Source: an uncultured Alphaproteobacteria bacterium (GTDB lineage Bacteria; Pseudomonadota; Alphaproteobacteria; Caulobacterales; Hyphomonadaceae). From it: a stretch of 64,000 nt of DNA. Below, in pieces: positions 27,072 to 34,970 of this stretch. The notes below the pieces were generated by a model. It was given only the letters and a program-made list of their open reading frames with translations, had not been told where the DNA came from and did not search any database. The stretch covers positions 133,273-197,272 of the forward strand of contig CAXBCO010000003.1 in NCBI GenBank assembly GCA_963973995.1. Direction: 5' to 3'. The first letter of the stretch is position 1; the number at the start of each line of letters is the position of its first letter. The position numbers were made by a program, and so were the translations under genes.

Positions 27072-29195
27072 ATGTCACATTCACGCATTGTGGTCGCTGG
27101 CTACGCGGCGACTGCCCTGTTGATCGGCGCCTGCGGCAAGCCCAAAGTACCCACCCCGGAGGTGCCGCCGACGATAGCGGACGAGACGGCCGGGCCTGTG
27201 GCGCCTGCCGATCCAGTGGACGTGGCAATCGAAATGCCCAAGGGTCCGATGCAAGTGATGGTCGTGATGGACTCGTCTGGCTCCATGTGGGGCCAGATAG
27301 ACGGACGCTCGAAACGTGACATTGCCAGCGATGCCGTGCGGACCCTGGTCGCCGGCCACCCCAGACTCGGCGCGGCAGGCCTCATCGCCTATGGCCACCG
27401 CCGCAAGGGCGACTGCAAAGATATCGAACTGATGCGCAGTCCGGGCGCAAACGTGCCGCTGGCGGAGTCCGTGGACAAGCTGGTTCCAACCGGCAAGACT
27501 CCCCTGACAGCCGCTGTTGAGACGGCCGCCGAAGCCCTCCACATCCAGGAAACACCCGCGGCCGTCATCCTCGTGACAGACGGACTTGAGACATGCGATG
27601 CCGACCCGTGCGCGGCCGCTGCGGCGCTGGAAGCGCGCGGCATCGACTTCACCGTGTACGTTGTCGGTCTTGGCCTTAGCGTTGACGAGGGTCGCGAGGT
27701 TGCCTGTATCGCCGAGGAGACAGGCGGAAAATACATTGAAGCATCGAATGCGGACGAATTGTCCGAAGCGCTGGAATCAGTTGCAGGTGCCATCGAGTCC
27801 GGACCGCCAGAGGCGGCCAAGGACACGGCGACCGCCTCGATCGACGGACCCGTCTCGGTCGAGATCGGATCAGCCTTCAACGTGGCCTGGGAAGGCCCGG
27901 GCACCGAGTCCGACTATATCGATCTCGTTCCACTGGGCCATGATCTCGCAAGCGGCGAGATCTCTCGTGGCTACACGAAACAGGAAGGCGACGTCCCCCT
28001 GCGTGCGCCGGGGACGCCAGGCGCATACCTACTGCGCTATGTCTGGGCAGCACCGCAGGGCCGAACCGTACTCGCGACCCGGCCGATCGAGGTGACGGAC
28101 GCAGAAGTCGCCCTGATCGCCGATCCTGCTGTTGGGATTGGCGACAAGCTCACGGTTGCCTGGCGCGGCCCCGGTAATGACGGCGACTATGTCGATATCG
28201 TGCCTCGCGGCGATACGCGCACGGACGACGAGAAGGCCCTCGCCTACGTCACGGGCCGGAACACGCTTGTGCTGCGTGCGCCGGGGAAACCCGGCGCCTA
28301 TGACCTGCGCTATGTAGCGTTGGCGAGAGACGGACGCAATGTGATCCGTATACTGCCGCTTGAAGTTACTGAAACCAAGGTCGACCTGGCATTCAATCCG
28401 TCGGCCATTCTGGGGGAAACCCTGACTGTCGACTGGTCGGGTCCAGGTGCGCCCGGCGATTATATCGATATCGTTCCCAGGGGCCATAAGCGCACGAGCG
28501 GCGAAAAGTCTTTCGCCTACACCAAAGGCGGCAATCCACTGGATTTGAACCTGCCGGGCGAGGCGGGCGAGTATGACGTGCGCTATGTCCTGCAGTCATC
28601 CGATGGCCGAACTGTGCTGAAATCCGTTCCGCTGACGCTGAGTGACAGGCGGTTTGCCGTCTCGCCGGCCCAGGCCAGCGGCGTGATCGGTGAGACGATC
28701 AGCGTGAACTGGACAGGCCCGGGAAATGATGCCGACTATATCGACATCGTTCGGCGCGGCTTTGACCGTACCAGCGGCGAGAAATCAAAAGCATATGTGC
28801 GAACGGACAATCCGCTCTCGATCCGGCTTCCGGGCGAGCCTGGCGCATACGACCTGCGCTATGTGTTCGTGTCATCGACAGGGCGGTCCGTTAAGGCCGT
28901 GAAACCTATCACCGTGACCAAGGCCGACGTGACGCTGGACACTCCCGAGAGAATAGATGCCGGCACGCATTTCACCGTCAACTGGACAGGTCCCGGCTAC
29001 GCCAACGACTATATCGACGTCGTTGCAGAAGGCCATACGGGCACAACCGGCGAGCTTTCATATGCATATGCAATAGAAGGACAAGTGCTGTCGCTGAAGG
29101 CTCCGGACAGGCCTGGCACGTATACGGTACGTTATGTGTTGCAAGGGCCAGATGGGCGCAAGGTCGTCAAGACAAGGCCTCTCCAGGTCGACTAA
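27072..29195 (+). CDS. vWA-domain lipoprotein with five C-terminal tandem modules, 707 aa
   Basis: Lipobox LLIGAC. vWA MIDAS motif DSSGSM with downstream TGKTPL and VTDGLETCD. These are followed by five 91-92-aa repeats. Confidence 0.8.
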   Translation: MSHSRIVVAGYAATALLIGACGKPKVPTPEVPPTIADETAGPVAPADPVDVAIEMPKGPMQVMVVMDSSGSMWGQIDGRSKRDIASDAVRTLVAGHPRLGAAGLIAYGHRRKGDCKDIELMRSPGANVPLAESVDKLVPTGKTPLTAAVETAAEALHIQETPAAVILVTDGLETCDADPCAAAAALEARGIDFTVYVVGLGLSVDEGREVACIAEETGGKYIEASNADELSEALESVAGAIESGPPEAAKDTATASIDGPVSVEIGSAFNVAWEGPGTESDYIDLVPLGHDLASGEISRGYTKQEGDVPLRAPGTPGAYLLRYVWAAPQGRTVLATRPIEVTDAEVALIADPAVGIGDKLTVAWRGPGNDGDYVDIVPRGDTRTDDEKALAYVTGRNTLVLRAPGKPGAYDLRYVALARDGRNVIRILPLEVTETKVDLAFNPSAILGETLTVDWSGPGAPGDYIDIVPRGHKRTSGEKSFAYTKGGNPLDLNLPGEAGEYDVRYVLQSSDGRTVLKSVPLTLSDRRFAVSPAQASGVIGETISVNWTGPGNDADYIDIVRRGFDRTSGEKSKAYVRTDNPLSIRLPGEPGAYDLRYVFVSSTGRSVKAVKPITVTKADVTLDTPERIDAGTHFTVNWTGPGYANDYIDVVAEGHTGTTGELSYAYAIEGQVLSLKAPDRPGTYTVRYVLQGPDGRKVVKTRPLQVD
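27834..29192 (+). repeat. Five in-frame tandem repeats (period 273-276 nt) encoding 91-92-aa modules
   Basis: The recurrent core is W-x-GPG-x3-DY(I/V)D(I/L/V)V...G(E)...(A/G)Y...(L/P)(R/K/N)(A/L)PG-x-PG-x-Y-x(L/V)RYV...GR-x-V. The GA(C/T)TAT anchor codons fall at 27912, 28185, 28458, 28734 and 29007. Confidence 0.85.
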
Positions 29196-29201
29196 GCTGC
29201 C

Positions 29202-29576
29202 TCAGGCGGCGAGTGGCCAGATCTCGGCAATGTCAGGCAGCGTGCCATCTTTTTCCGCCCGTTTCTTCAGCGAGCGAAGGATGGCCTCGGGCAATATGGT
29301 CAGGCGCGGTTCAGCGACAGTGTCGCCAAGGACTGGGAACAGCGCAGCATTCGCACCCGTTTTAGCGATGATCAGTGAGCCGAGATCCTGGATCAGGATC
29401 GTGTCGATCGGCATGTTCTCACGCACATGGTCGGCGACAACGCGGGAGACAAAGTCCAGCGCATCGCGCGCCCGCATGCCATAGGGATCACCGCAGCCGA
29501 GGCTTTTCCAGCGTTTTGAGAGATGAATCTCCGGGATGTCTATCTCGGCGATCGTATCGTTGAGCAAGAACAGCAT
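29202..29576 (-). CDS. Hypothetical protein, 124 aa
   Basis: ATG start and GC3-rich codon usage like the neighbouring genes. No family recognised. Confidence 0.5.
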   Translation of the reverse strand: MLFLLNDTIAEIDIPEIHLSKRWKSLGCGDPYGMRARDALDFVSRVVADHVRENMPIDTILIQDLGSLIIAKTGANAALFPVLGDTVAEPRLTILPEAILRSLKKRAEKDGTLPDIAEIWPLAA

Positions 29577-29676
29577 GCCTGCGCCCCCGGGCAGTGGATT
29601 CAGTCGAAAGCTGCCTTGGACGGGTTAACAGGCGGTTTACCTGCTATCGCGCGAGAGGAAATCGGCTGGCCAGCGC

Positions 29677-30018
29677 CTAGTCGGTCTCGACATCTTCTGT
29701 GATGAAATGGCGCCCCTGCTTGTCTTCGATCTCGACAACCCACAGGTCGCTGTCGCGCTCGCGCGCGCGCTTGATATAGGCATCGACGCTTGCTTCGTCC
29801 GGGCCGACGCCCTGAGCGGTCAGATCGCGGAAGATGCGCTCGCCCTCAAGATTCGTGCTGGGCGTGTAGGCCGCCGCAGTGCCATCGAGACGCGATACCT
29901 TGATCAAGGTATCGCCGCGCGATGCGTCGCCCTTCTGGACCACGAACGCGGATGCGCCTGCGACTTCGGCGGTACGGATGAGGGCTTCAACCCATAGTTT
30001 GGACGGCAGGCGAACCAT
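29677..30018 (-). CDS. DUF1491 family protein
   Basis: The pattern LPSKLWVEALIRTAEVAGASAFVVQKGD...DLWVVEIED matches my recollection of DUF1491, a family conserved in Alphaproteobacteria. I preferred the ATG at 30018 because the ORF-track start at 30054 is a TTG. Confidence 0.65.
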   Translation of the reverse strand: MVRLPSKLWVEALIRTAEVAGASAFVVQKGDASRGDTLIKVSRLDGTAAAYTPSTNLEGERIFRDLTAQGVGPDEASVDAYIKRARERDSDLWVVEIEDKQGRHFITEDVETD

Positions 30019-30066
30019 GAGCGGGACTCTTGCTTGTTTTCGCGGTAGCGGCAAGCCGTATTCAGC

Positions 30067-31710
30067 CTATTCGGCGGCGTCCTCGAGCGGCGTGATATCG
30101 GTCATGTCGGCGAGCGGGAGGGTCACTTCGGCGCGGGTGCCCTTGCCTGGCCTGGATCGCAGGGTGAGCTGGCCGCCATGCAGCTCGGCAAAGCTGCGGA
30201 CCACGGCCAGACCGAGGCCGGTGCCTGCGCGGCCGCGTGAATTGCCGCCCTGCGCGAACGGCTCCGTGACGCGATTGAGGTCGTCCTCGGACATGCCGGC
30301 GCCCTTGTCGATGACGCTGAGCACCGCCGCGCCGCCGGCTTCGAATGCGTCCAGCGTGACGGTGCCGCCACGGTCGGAATACTTGATCGCGTTTGACACC
30401 AGGTTCTGCCAGATCTGGCGCACGGCACGCGCATCGGCTTCGGCCCAGACTTCGTTGTCAGACTTGATCTTGAGTTTCACTCCGGCGCGTTCAGCCTGGT
30501 TGTCGAGCTGGCGGACAATAGACTGGGCGGAGGCCACAAGGTCGACGGGCTCCGGCTCGAGGCGCTGGCGGTCCGCGTTCGCCTTGGCAAGATCGAGAAT
30601 GTCGTCGACGAGCAGGAGCAGGTCCTGACCGCTTTCGTGGATGATGCCCGGATAGTCGGCATAGGCTTCCGGAAGCGGCCCGCGTATCTGGGCCCGCATC
30701 ATGTCGGCATAACCGAGAATGGCGTTCAGAGGCGTTTTCAGGTCGTGCCCCAGCGATGCGAAGAAGGCCGTCCGGTCCTGCAACTGGGCGGCGGCGGCCT
30801 CGAGTGCGGCAGAAGTTTCGGCAGCCTGGCGCTGCGATGCGCTGATATCGTGCAGCAGGAGATGCGTGCCTGTGGCACCGGCTTCGGCGGTAAAGGCCGC
30901 AAGGCGCCCGTCAGCCAGCTTGATCTTACCCTGAGCGAGGCCGGTGTCGGGACGCAGGCCCGACAGGTCAGCGTCCGGTTCGAACAGGTTCACCAGAGAT
31001 GCACCCGCTTTGGCGCCAACCAGCCCGAGTGTGTCGCCCGAAAGGCTTCGCACGCGCCCCTCCGGTGTAATGTCCAGCAAGAGCAGTCCGGACGAGGCAG
31101 GCAAAACGGGCGCTGAAGCGACAGGCACCGGTTCGGCCTGAGCGCTGTCTTCGGTTGCGGTCACGCGTGCGCCGTACTGATCCCGCACAAGCACCCAGAC
31201 CAACAGGCCAGCAAGCACGAGCCCGGCAAAGGCGACCGCGACGGTCAGCGGCAGGTAATCGCCCGCCCCCAATGGCAGGAGATCGAAACGGCCCATGATG
31301 AGCACAGCGAAATAGGCGACAATGCCGAAGATCGCCGCTTCGGCGGCCATGTCGGTGTCTTCGAGGTTCAATGCCACCAGCGGCGCCAGCACAAACAGGA
31401 TTGTCAAAGGCGACGTTGCCCCACCGGTCAGCGCAACTCCCAGCACGGCCAGCAGCGTCCAGCAGATGACCAGCAATGGCGCAGCATAGGCCGACCCGTC
31501 CCTGTCCGCACGAAGGAACACAAGGCCAGTGACCGCAGGCAGAATCGCGATCACAGCACCGCTCGCAAGCGCTGCGATTCCGATTCCCCTGAGCGCAGCA
31601 ATCAGCGCAGCGGCCGCAATGAGGGCCAGCCACGTTAGATTAACGAACTGTAATCGCTTTTGCATCACGCGGGGGGACATATTAACATCCCATAGATATT
31701 CCTTAGGCAT
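30067..31710 (-). CDS. Membrane sensor histidine kinase with no adjacent response regulator
   Basis: About 6 N-terminal hydrophobic helices. HisKA H-box FFASLGHDLKTPLNAILGY. HATPase N and G boxes (NLVSNAIKYS, DKGAGM, GTGLGL). The start is uncertain: ATG at 31710 is preferred, and the ORF-track start at 31728 is a GTG. Confidence 0.85.
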   Translation of the reverse strand: MPKEYLWDVNMSPRVMQKRLQFVNLTWLALIAAAALIAALRGIGIAALASGAVIAILPAVTGLVFLRADRDGSAYAAPLLVICWTLLAVLGVALTGGATSPLTILFVLAPLVALNLEDTDMAAEAAIFGIVAYFAVLIMGRFDLLPLGAGDYLPLTVAVAFAGLVLAGLLVWVLVRDQYGARVTATEDSAQAEPVPVASAPVLPASSGLLLLDITPEGRVRSLSGDTLGLVGAKAGASLVNLFEPDADLSGLRPDTGLAQGKIKLADGRLAAFTAEAGATGTHLLLHDISASQRQAAETSAALEAAAAQLQDRTAFFASLGHDLKTPLNAILGYADMMRAQIRGPLPEAYADYPGIIHESGQDLLLLVDDILDLAKANADRQRLEPEPVDLVASAQSIVRQLDNQAERAGVKLKIKSDNEVWAEADARAVRQIWQNLVSNAIKYSDRGGTVTLDAFEAGGAAVLSVIDKGAGMSEDDLNRVTEPFAQGGNSRGRAGTGLGLAVVRSFAELHGGQLTLRSRPGKGTRAEVTLPLADMTDITPLEDAAE

Positions 31711-31829
31711 TCTCGCCCCCGTACCCACCAGTTGCTGTATTTGTAATGTTATCGACAGGCAAGGTGAGGTTCCCCAAGTGGGGAAGATGAGGCAAGACTA
31801 TCGCGTGTCGCGTGAGGGAGATTGATACG

Positions 31830-32807
31830 ATGAAATCCATCAGAATGATTGGGGCAGCAATTGTCGGGCTCGGGCTCGCTGCTGGCGTAAATGCCCAAGG
31901 AACCGACCCGATTTCGGATACGGCCGCTGTCTATGCTACTTATCAGTCGGACGTTACCGATGTGAAAGAAAAACCGCTGACGTCGGCTGGCGATATCGAC
32001 CATGCCCTCAATTCGCTTGGCGGTCACAATCCCGACCAGCTGTCCAAGGGCTGGATTGCCTATTCTGCACTTATCGCATCGCAGAATCCGGAATACCGCG
32101 CCGCCATTCGCGACATTGAAGGCTTTTATGGACGCGATGTGTTCGAAAACGGCATGCGCAATGACGTGCGTTATGCCCGCACCCTGCAAGGCGGCGACAA
32201 TGCTGTGAGCGCAGCTTTGGCAGCCACGGAAGCCGACAGCCGACGCCTCAACAGCGCGGCGGCCTATGTGAAAGAGCAGGCTTATTCCTTGCAGGCCTCC
32301 GGCTGGGCGAAAGCCAAGATCGGCAATTCCGGCAACAAGGCGAGGAAGCTGGATTCCAGCCAGGCGACCGGCATTCCCGCGAAACTGGGATTGCTCTCGG
32401 CCATGAACGCCAAGGATATCGACTCCGTGCTCGTTCAGGCTGGCAGTTCCGGTGCCCCGTCACTCTGGGACAACGTCTCCGGTGCCGCCAGTGCGATCCG
32501 CTTCCCGGCGGCCGTGACATCCGGCCTGACGGGCAACCGCAAGCGGGTAAAGTTCGGCAAGGAACCGGTTGCCGACCAGATCGCGACGCTGGCCGCTTAT
32601 CGTGTGCTGGGCGCCAGCACCGCGAAAAACGCCAGCCAGATCAATTCCGCGATGGCCGAACGAGAGACCAAGGGCTGCCTCAACATGGCAAACCTGAATC
32701 TCCAGCAATGCGTTGCCGCCGCCAACCAGCAATATGAAGTGCCATTCTGCATTGGGGAGCACGCCCTGTCTGACGTCGGCAAGTGCATTGGCGGCGTCTA
32801 CCAATAG
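31830..32807 (+). CDS. Secreted hypothetical protein with a C-terminal 4-Cys segment, 325 aa
   Basis: GAGGGAG RBS 9 nt before the ATG at 31830. Signal peptide MKSIRMIGAAIVGLGLAAGVNA. The C-terminus has four Cys residues (CLNM...QQCV...PFCIGE...GKCIGG). No family recognised. Confidence 0.6.
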   Translation: MKSIRMIGAAIVGLGLAAGVNAQGTDPISDTAAVYATYQSDVTDVKEKPLTSAGDIDHALNSLGGHNPDQLSKGWIAYSALIASQNPEYRAAIRDIEGFYGRDVFENGMRNDVRYARTLQGGDNAVSAALAATEADSRRLNSAAAYVKEQAYSLQASGWAKAKIGNSGNKARKLDSSQATGIPAKLGLLSAMNAKDIDSVLVQAGSSGAPSLWDNVSGAASAIRFPAAVTSGLTGNRKRVKFGKEPVADQIATLAAYRVLGASTAKNASQINSAMAERETKGCLNMANLNLQQCVAAANQQYEVPFCIGEHALSDVGKCIGGVYQ

Positions 32808-32833
32808 GCCAACGCCACTGCCCTGAGAAATGA

Positions 32834-32871
32834 CCCCCGGCGGCCGGTTGCGGCGCCGGGGGTTTTCTTTT
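32834..32871 (+). terminator. Rho-independent terminator after the secreted 325-aa protein gene
   Basis: Stem CCCCCGGCG (32834-32842) pairs with CGCCGGGGG (32854-32862), followed by TTTTCTTTT. Confidence 0.8.
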
Positions 32872-32897
32872 GTGCGGCGATGCCCCATTTCAGGCGC

Positions 32898-33317
32898 ATG
32901 AGTATCGAAACGGCTGCTGCCGAAATACGTGAAGAGTTTTCCTGGCTTGAAGACTGGGAAGCGCGCTATGCGCACATCATCGATCTCGGCAAAGCCAACC
33001 CGCCCCTGTCCAGCGAAGAGAAAACTGAACAGACGCGTGTACGCGGCTGCGCGTCGCAGGTCTGGATGGTGACTCATGTCGAAGACGGTCGCCTGATCGT
33101 GCGCGCTGAATCGGATGCGATGATCGTGTCAGGCCTGATCGGGCTTCTTGTCCGCCTCTATTCGGGCGCCCCCCTTTCAGAGGTCGAGGCCTTTGATGCC
33201 AAGGCCTTGCTCGACGATATAGGTGTGACCGGCGCATTGACGGCGCAACGCTCGAACGGCCTGGCGTCGATGCTCGACCGCATCCGGCACGATGCGCGCC
33301 AGGCGCTCGCTGCGTGA
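32898..33317 (+). CDS. sufE: SufE-like cysteine desulfuration protein
   Basis: Motif RVRGCASQVWM (cf. SufE GCQSxVW, active Cys). The N-terminus aligns by eye with E. coli SufE if the start is the ATG at 32898. The ATG at 32880 is an alternative. Confidence 0.8.
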   Translation: MSIETAAAEIREEFSWLEDWEARYAHIIDLGKANPPLSSEEKTEQTRVRGCASQVWMVTHVEDGRLIVRAESDAMIVSGLIGLLVRLYSGAPLSEVEAFDAKALLDDIGVTGALTAQRSNGLASMLDRIRHDARQALAA

Positions 33318-33327
33318 CTTCTCCGCG

Positions 33328-33672
33328 TCAGGCCACGACTGGCGCCTTGCTCATCATCGCGACACTGGACAGGCCCATCGACAATTGCTCGATCCAGTCA
33401 TCGAAATCCCGGTCGTCGCGCTTGTCCTCTATGAGACGGCACGCATAGGCGACTGTCGAGCGATCACGGTCGAAGGCACGCGCGACGCGCGCCAGGCTCA
33501 TGCCCAGCGCGACATGCGTGAGGTAGATCGCGATGTGCCGGGCCCGCGCCTCAATGGGGCGACCGCGTTCAGACGACAGCAGGATCGTCGACTTCAAGCC
33601 GAGTGCATAAGCTGTCAGTGCAGCAGCCAGATAAGCGCAGTCTTCGTCTTTCTGTGGATCGAATTTCGCCAT
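33328..33672 (-). CDS. Small DnaA-domain-IV-like helix-turn-helix protein, 114 aa
   Basis: Segment ARHIAIYLTHVALGMSLARVARAFDRDRSTVAYACRLIE resembles the DnaA C-terminal DNA-binding domain (Bac_DnaA_C). AAGGAG RBS 6 nt before the ATG. Confidence 0.65.
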   Translation of the reverse strand: MAKFDPQKDEDCAYLAAALTAYALGLKSTILLSSERGRPIEARARHIAIYLTHVALGMSLARVARAFDRDRSTVAYACRLIEDKRDDRDFDDWIEQLSMGLSSVAMMSKAPVVA

Positions 33673-33774
33673 CTCTGTCTCCTTCTGGTCTGGCAGGCAG
33701 AAGACTACCCGGCTTCAGAAGGTGTAGGATAACTTTCCTATTGCATCAAGACGACATCAAGTGTTGCAGGCGAA

Positions 33775-34275
33775 TCAGGCAGCCGCACGAGGGGAAGAAG
33801 TGTGGACAGCGCCGGTTTGGCCTTCATTCGGAATCACGAGCCGACGGCTGGGCAGCAACTCATCGTGGCACAGGACCATTGTCAGGTGCCCGCTGGAATC
33901 CATCAGGGGGAGTCGAAGCCAGGCATGCATGCCGCCTGCCTGTTCGATCACGCCGCCCACCGGCGCCCGGCGCTCCAGGGCGACGGACAATCCCAGCGAA
34001 AAGGCATCGCCATGTTCGCCGATCACGTCCGCGACGCGGCGGCCACGCGCCTCCATGCCGAAAATGTCACGCAGTCGCGATCCGGCAATCCGGAACCGGC
34101 CATCACCGGCATCGTCAAACTGAACAATAGAAATGCTGGCAAGCATGCTGCGCATTGCGCCCGGATCGATCGCGTCGCGCGGCACGCAGCCCGCACGGTC
34201 GCGCAGCTGTTTCCAATAGTCGATGAGTGCCTGCTGGGCGACGGTGACGCCCTGAAATACCGTCTGTTTCGACAT
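33775..34275 (-). CDS. PAS_5 (DUF1457)-like PAS domain protein, 166 aa
   Basis: The pattern DYWKQLR....VPRDAIDPGAMRSMLASISIVQF....RFRIAGSRLRDIFGMEARGR is typical of PAS_5 proteins. I chose the ATG at 34275 (GGGGG RBS). The ORF-track start at 34290 is a TTG. Confidence 0.65.
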   Translation of the reverse strand: MSKQTVFQGVTVAQQALIDYWKQLRDRAGCVPRDAIDPGAMRSMLASISIVQFDDAGDGRFRIAGSRLRDIFGMEARGRRVADVIGEHGDAFSLGLSVALERRAPVGGVIEQAGGMHAWLRLPLMDSSGHLTMVLCHDELLPSRRLVIPNEGQTGAVHTSSPRAAA

Positions 34276-34290
34276 CGTGTGCACCCCCAA

Positions 34291-34310
34291 GGTGATTCGA
34301 TAGAATCACC
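34291..34310 (-). promoter_or_regulatory. Perfect 8-bp inverted repeat GGTGATTC-N4-GAATCACC in the 5' leader of the PAS_5 gene
   Basis: Read directly. It ends 2 nt upstream of the GGGGG SD. It could be an RNA hairpin or a dimeric operator. Confidence 0.3.
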
Positions 34311-34419
34311 TATCGCGCGAGTAGAGTCCGGGATCAAGAGTCGACTACACATAATCTTAACATGTCTTACCGGAATATTTCATTCCGGCCCCGCAACGAA
34401 TAGTATTCGCGCGTGGCAA

Positions 34420-34836
34420 CTAGGCCTTGTCGCCCTTACCCAATCCCATCTTCTTTGCGAGCATTGAGCGGTGCTTGGAATAGCCCGGTGCAACCATTGG
34501 ATAATCCGGTGGCAGATTCCATTTCTCGCGGTATTCGTCGGGGGACATGTCGTATTTGGTGCGCAAGTGACGCTTCAGCGATTTGAACTTCTTGCCATCC
34601 TCCAGGCACACGAGGAAGTCTTCACCGAGAGATCGCTTTACCGAAACCGCCGGCTTGGGGCGCGACGTCTCGGCATCCGCGCTGCCCAAACCTGCCAGTG
34701 AGGCGTGCACATTTCGAATGAGGTCTGGCAGCTCGGCCGACTGGACGGCGTTATTCCCGACATAGGCCGCCACGATTTCACTGGCGAATGCGATGAGCGC
34801 GCCCTCGCGGGGCTCGGTCCTTGTAGCTTCGGGCAT
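34420..34836 (-). CDS. mucR: MucR/Ros family zinc-finger transcriptional regulator
   Basis: Segment LVCLEDGKKFKSLKRHLRTKYDMSPDEYREKWNLPPDYPMVAPGYS is diagnostic of Ros/MucR. I chose the ATG at 34836, which has a GGAGG RBS 7 nt upstream. Confidence 0.9.
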   Translation of the reverse strand: MPEATRTEPREGALIAFASEIVAAYVGNNAVQSAELPDLIRNVHASLAGLGSADAETSRPKPAVSVKRSLGEDFLVCLEDGKKFKSLKRHLRTKYDMSPDEYREKWNLPPDYPMVAPGYSKHRSMLAKKMGLGKGDKA

Positions 34837-34846
34837 TATCTTGCCT

Positions 34847-34870
34847 CCCCGGAAATAGTCTATTCCGGGG
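34847..34870 (-). promoter_or_regulatory. Imperfect hairpin overlapping the mucR Shine-Dalgarno sequence
   Basis: The mRNA sense strand reads CCCCGGAATAG-A-CTATTTCCGGGG, followed directly by AGG (SD GGGGAGG). The stem is 11 bp with one bulged base. Confidence 0.3.
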
Positions 34871-34970
34871 TAACTCAAGAAGAAAATGTGTAAATACTAA
34901 AAAGACAGTCTCTTCGCGCCAAAGTTGCCTGCCGTTACAGCAAGGCGCCCCGAAAGCAGGTGCCGTGACT

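Noticed and set aside
33682-33703. CTTCTG-N10-CAGAAG stem at the SD of the DnaA-IV-like gene, considered as an independent regulatory element
   Set aside because: A 6-bp stem is too short to stand alone. It is mentioned only as part of the pattern shared by the three regulator leaders.
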